Below, piece after piece: positions 62,051 to 64,000 of a DNA stretch of 64,000 nt. How positions within the stretch are numbered: position 1 is the stretch's first letter; every line of letters starts with the position of its first letter. A model generated the notes under the pieces. The model searched no databases. It was given only the letters and a program-made list of their open reading frames with translations, and was not told where the DNA came from. The DNA is from Octopus sinensis (lineage: Eukaryota): NCBI RefSeq assembly GCF_006345805.1, contig NC_043005.1, positions 75,516,001 to 75,580,000 on the forward strand, read 5' to 3'. The translations under genes were made by a program, and so were the position numbers.

Positions 62051-62659
62051 CCACAGGTTATTATTATTATATAATCATCATCATCATCATCAGCATTATT
62101 TTATTATCATTTTTTTATTGTTTATTTTATTTTTTTAATATTTTTGAGTTTCAGTATCAGCTTGGGAAATTCACCAGGTTCTTAAAGTATTTAGTTTCAA
62201 CATAATCTGTTTTAAACTGTTAAAAGTATCTCATACTCTTTTGTGACCTGGCACATTTCTCTTATTTGTGTTAGAGGAAGCATAAGATAGATTTCATGCT
62301 GATTCTTACTAGGGCTATCAGGCTATCTGTATGTTGATGCTTTAATGTAGGAGCTGGCGGGGAGGGCAAAGAACCGCAGCTTTAACATCTGTATCTCTAA
62401 TTAACTGACAAGGCTGTGTGACAGACCAGTAGTTCGCTGGAGGATGCTAATTCTTCGGTGTATAGTTATATATAACGTGGTCCCATCTCTGGGTGTTTCC
62501 CATGTAAATCCCCCCTATCACCACCACAACACTGTTCTGCTTCTGCTAACTAAATCTTGCAAATACACATGCACATACATATATTAACTGCATATATGCA
62601 GCATCAACATACATTCACATGCATATAGACTCCTACCCTACATCTGTGTGTGTGTGTTG

Positions 62660-64000
<1,341 letters not shown>

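Overview
This is AT-rich, repeat-saturated animal genomic DNA. The tRNA-headed SINE families and the LINE/transposon mix strongly suggest an Octopus-type cephalopod genome, though this rests on recalled family features and not on a database search. No host protein could be recognised. Almost all long ORFs in the track are translations of (TA)n/(TG)n/(CAT)n microsatellites or transposon remnants. Recognisable elements: RTE LINEs (one young 5'-truncated copy plus many 3' ends), CR1-like, R4/Dong and Penelope-like fragments, mariner, DD37D and Tc1 transposons, a TA-flanked MITE, two Helitrons, and several dozen SINEs of at least four families. A unique CpG-retaining region at about 28.2-31 kb carries splice donors facing in opposite directions and looks like a bidirectional promoter; small candidate exons lie on both strands. 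The most interesting observations are: hammerhead-ribozyme-like motifs in a head-to-head Penelope-like repeat (47.5-47.8 kb); a TSD-flanked fold-back LINE insertion forming a 31-bp hairpin (52.1 kb); a templated inversion cluster (24.7-26.3 kb); and SINEs near the putative promoter that have escaped CpG decay. There is a 100-N gap and a 1,039-bp tandem duplication that may be an assembly artefact. Many repeat boundaries are approximate.
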